This document shows positions 61,403 to 64,000 of a stretch of 64,000 nucleotides of DNA, piece after piece. The translations under genes and the position numbers were made by a program. The DNA is from Bugula neritina. Its lineage: Eukaryota > Animalia > Bryozoa. The stretch is taken from positions 7,593,751 through 7,657,750 of the forward strand of contig OZ037773.1 in NCBI GenBank assembly GCA_964035545.1. Reading direction: 5' to 3'. A model generated the notes under the pieces. It was not told the DNA's origin and did not search any database. It saw only the letters and a list, made by a program, of their open reading frames with translations. How positions within the stretch are numbered: the first letter of the stretch is position 1; every line of letters starts with the position of its first letter.

Positions 61403-63673
61403 TTATATTCTCTGCCTTCTGAACAACCACTTGTCATCACCGAGGAGTTGTGCTAGCCTGCGGTTATAAGGTCTGAAAAACTCATCTAAGTGTGTTAAGG
61501 TTGATGTCCACACTGTATTCTTTACTCCCTTGTTTTCAACTGCTTCATCAAGTCTTTTAAGAATCTCTTCTTCAACGTGGATTTTAAACAGATCCCTACT
61601 CGCTGCCTTGACAGCGGCCACCTGTAGCAGGCATAAACATCATCGGCTGATTATTTAAGACATCAACTTTTTTAGGCTTAGTTTAGTATTGCAAGATCAC
61701 ATTACAGGTCTTACACATAAATTGATTGGCTTAGGAATCAAAATAATAAATGTTATGTGGGTCCCATATTCAACTACAAAGTGCAGCCAAAACATGATTT
61801 TCTATTTAATTTTTGCCAAGATTTACCAATCATTGATACAATGTGGCAATTTTCATTGCTAGAATTTTTCTTAGTTTTAACAAGGTTTGCAATGCTAATG
61901 AAATTGCAAGGCCTTTGACAGAAATCATATACTACACACGATTCAGTATAAATCTTCTACACAGTTGTATGAAAAAGGAAATAACACTGAGATGTCAGTG
62001 ATGCCGAAATATGAGGCAGCGAAGGTAGAACCAGGTATGAAACTTACCCGACTAGAGCTGTATTCCTCCATTGTGCTGAGAGTCACCTGATGACGAGGAA
62101 TGAACTTGAAGACTTCCAGTAGAGGAATGATGTAGACGCTATGCAGCAGCATTGCCTGTGAGTAATAGAATGATGCATAAAGTCAGCACTCATCTTCCTT
62201 AATCAAGTCAGCAGCTATAGGTCAAAGGTTATTTTTATTGAAAGCAAATTATAGTTATCGAGATTGGTTTAAGTTCAAAAAGTCTTCAATTATGCTGGTG
62301 AGCTAATATAAATACATTTTAATAATTTTATAAATAAATAGATATAGGGTTTTCTAAACTACATCAAGAGTTTACTGCTCTAAATTATGATAATAATGTA
62401 ATTAAATGCATTAAAAACACACTTGCTTGCAGTCTTTGTTTCTTATCTAAATTATTTATTTGGTCTGGCCTGCAGATACAAATTCATGTTATCTACAGTA
62501 ATAGCTACTAGCTCTTCAATGATCATTTATTTATTAGAATAATTGCCACTGTCATTTGTTTGCTAGCAGTGTGCATATTATATTATTAACAAACACAGAA
62601 GTTGTCTTACCAATAGTACCAAAACTAAGCCACACTTACCATCCGGTCTTCATCTGCAACTGTGTAGAAGCAGCCCAGCTCTCCAAACTCTTGAAAACAT
62701 TTTGTTAAATTTTGAGTTGCGGATTTTGCAAATGTGTCAATGTAATCTGCCGTCATTTGTTCTAGCGCAACGTCCTTGAACTCCAAGGCAAATCTTCGCC
62801 GGTGGAATACATACGAAATAAATCTGTAAAAGTTTATAGTAACTAATAGAATAGCTGATAAAAACTGGCAAAAATTCCGTGGAAGCAACAGCAATGAAAC
62901 TTATTCAGGTCAGAGCACTTAGAGTAATTACTCATGCAGTGAGCAACTATCTTACATGTTGAAAAAAAAGCTCAAAGCATAATTGCAAAGTATTGCAGTA
63001 GACTATATTTTGTGATATTTATTATAAATGTTTCTACTATATTAAATCATATAGACAAAATACATATCAAATAAAGCTACTAGCGCTTTAATATAATTTG
63101 TTGATTTTATTGGCACGCCCAAAGCACAGATGGCATGATACTGTCAGAAAAGACCTCCATTCCTGTTCCCTCAACAAAGAGGACGCTCAGGACAGGGTTA
63201 GGTGGAGAAGCCTAATTGAGCTAGGCCTTCGGCAGCCACCCGCTGCCCGAACAGGACAAAGCGGAGATAGGTGAGAACAGGTGAGAATTGGCAGGTCTGC
63301 ATAATGGTTGTGATTTAGTGCATAACACTAAGTGAGACTATAGCAATAAGTAGTACAAAGTAAGACTTATAGTAGTTGAGTAATAATACTGAATTCAACT
63401 GCTTACAGTAGTGCCTTGTTTTTCATTCACTATTTATTATGAGAACATAATAAATATTTTATCAATAAAAAGAATTTTTGACTCGGTGACACGCTGAATT
63501 CAAAAGTCAAAATGTGAGTTTTTAAAAAAAAGATGTGTACCTGTCTGATGGGTTTCTTAGCTGAATATAAAACTTTGTTGAGGGTGTGGCCATGAAGCCG
63601 ATGTACTGCATAGTTGAAAGGACGATGACATGCGTGCTATTCCTCTTTATTGAGGTGTAGAGAATCATATTTC
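61403..63673 (-). CDS. 5'-partial carbohydrate sulfotransferase, CHST15-like
   Basis: Exons 63673-63541, 62823-62640, 62155-62048, 61621-61403(TAA), in phase. 3'-PB motif LRNPSDRFIS, C..EFGELGCFY and C-terminal LDEFFRPYNRRLAQLLGDDKWLF. Confidence 0.82.
63116..63286 (+). mobile_element. 5'-truncated RTE-clade LINE fragment
   Basis: Encodes PKHRWHDTVRKDLHSCSLNKEDAQDRVRWRSLI (RTE C-terminal motif); aggtgaga repeat tail; 7-bp TSD attggca (63109-63115, 63287-63293). Confidence 0.85.
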
Positions 63674-64000
63674 CTGTCAAGTTTGCAAACAGTTTAAAAC
63701 GCAGATCAAGGCGGAATTACTAATGGAAGTACAAATCAAGTTGTACTATTTTCAATAGCAGCAGCTCTGCATCACATGTTTATAGCATTATATATGCAAT
63801 AAAATGCCTCCATGCAAAATAAAATAAATAATTAACTTTAAACCCAAACATCAATCTAAAAAACCTGAACTATGCAAAATCTACCCTGGCCACTGCCAAG
63901 AAAATTAAGACAAGACGTTCAATGTACATGCATATGGTTTTCTCAAAAGATATACAGTTATTCTTTTTGCTTTTCTAGTGTTACTATAATAAACCGGACC

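Overview
AT-rich, intron-containing animal (invertebrate-type) genomic DNA; no prokaryotic features, rRNA, true tRNA or CRISPR were seen. All gene models were built by hand from GT-AG boundaries and phase continuity; no database searches were run. From left to right: (1) 3' part of a + strand gene with at least two tandem CTHRC1-type C-terminal domains (479-2773); (2) complete 9-exon CDKL1/4-type kinase (-, 4054-10375); (3) a C-terminal death-domain gene not evident from the ORF track (-, 12774-14578, probable microexon at 19739-19765), with a nested hAT/long-TIR/MITE complex in the presumed intron; (4) three tandem GT31 brainiac/bre-5-like glycosyltransferase genes (+; copies 1 and 3 intact, copy 2 a pseudogene) with exon-restricted homogenisation, copies 1 and 2 being separated by a 5.4 kb 17-bp satellite, a MULE fragment and a decayed Academ element; (5) RNPC3 (U11/U12-65K; +, 53630-57168); (6) an unrecognised 3-exon type II membrane protein with a furin site and Cys-rich tail (-, 58348-59908); (7) 3' part of a CHST15-like sulfotransferase (-, 61403-63673). 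Many SINEs, MITEs and microsatellites are also present. No clear-cut new multi-gene system is demonstrable. The best leads are the GT31 exon mosaic, the tandem CTHRC1-domain protein, the unrecognised furin-site protein and the death-domain gene.
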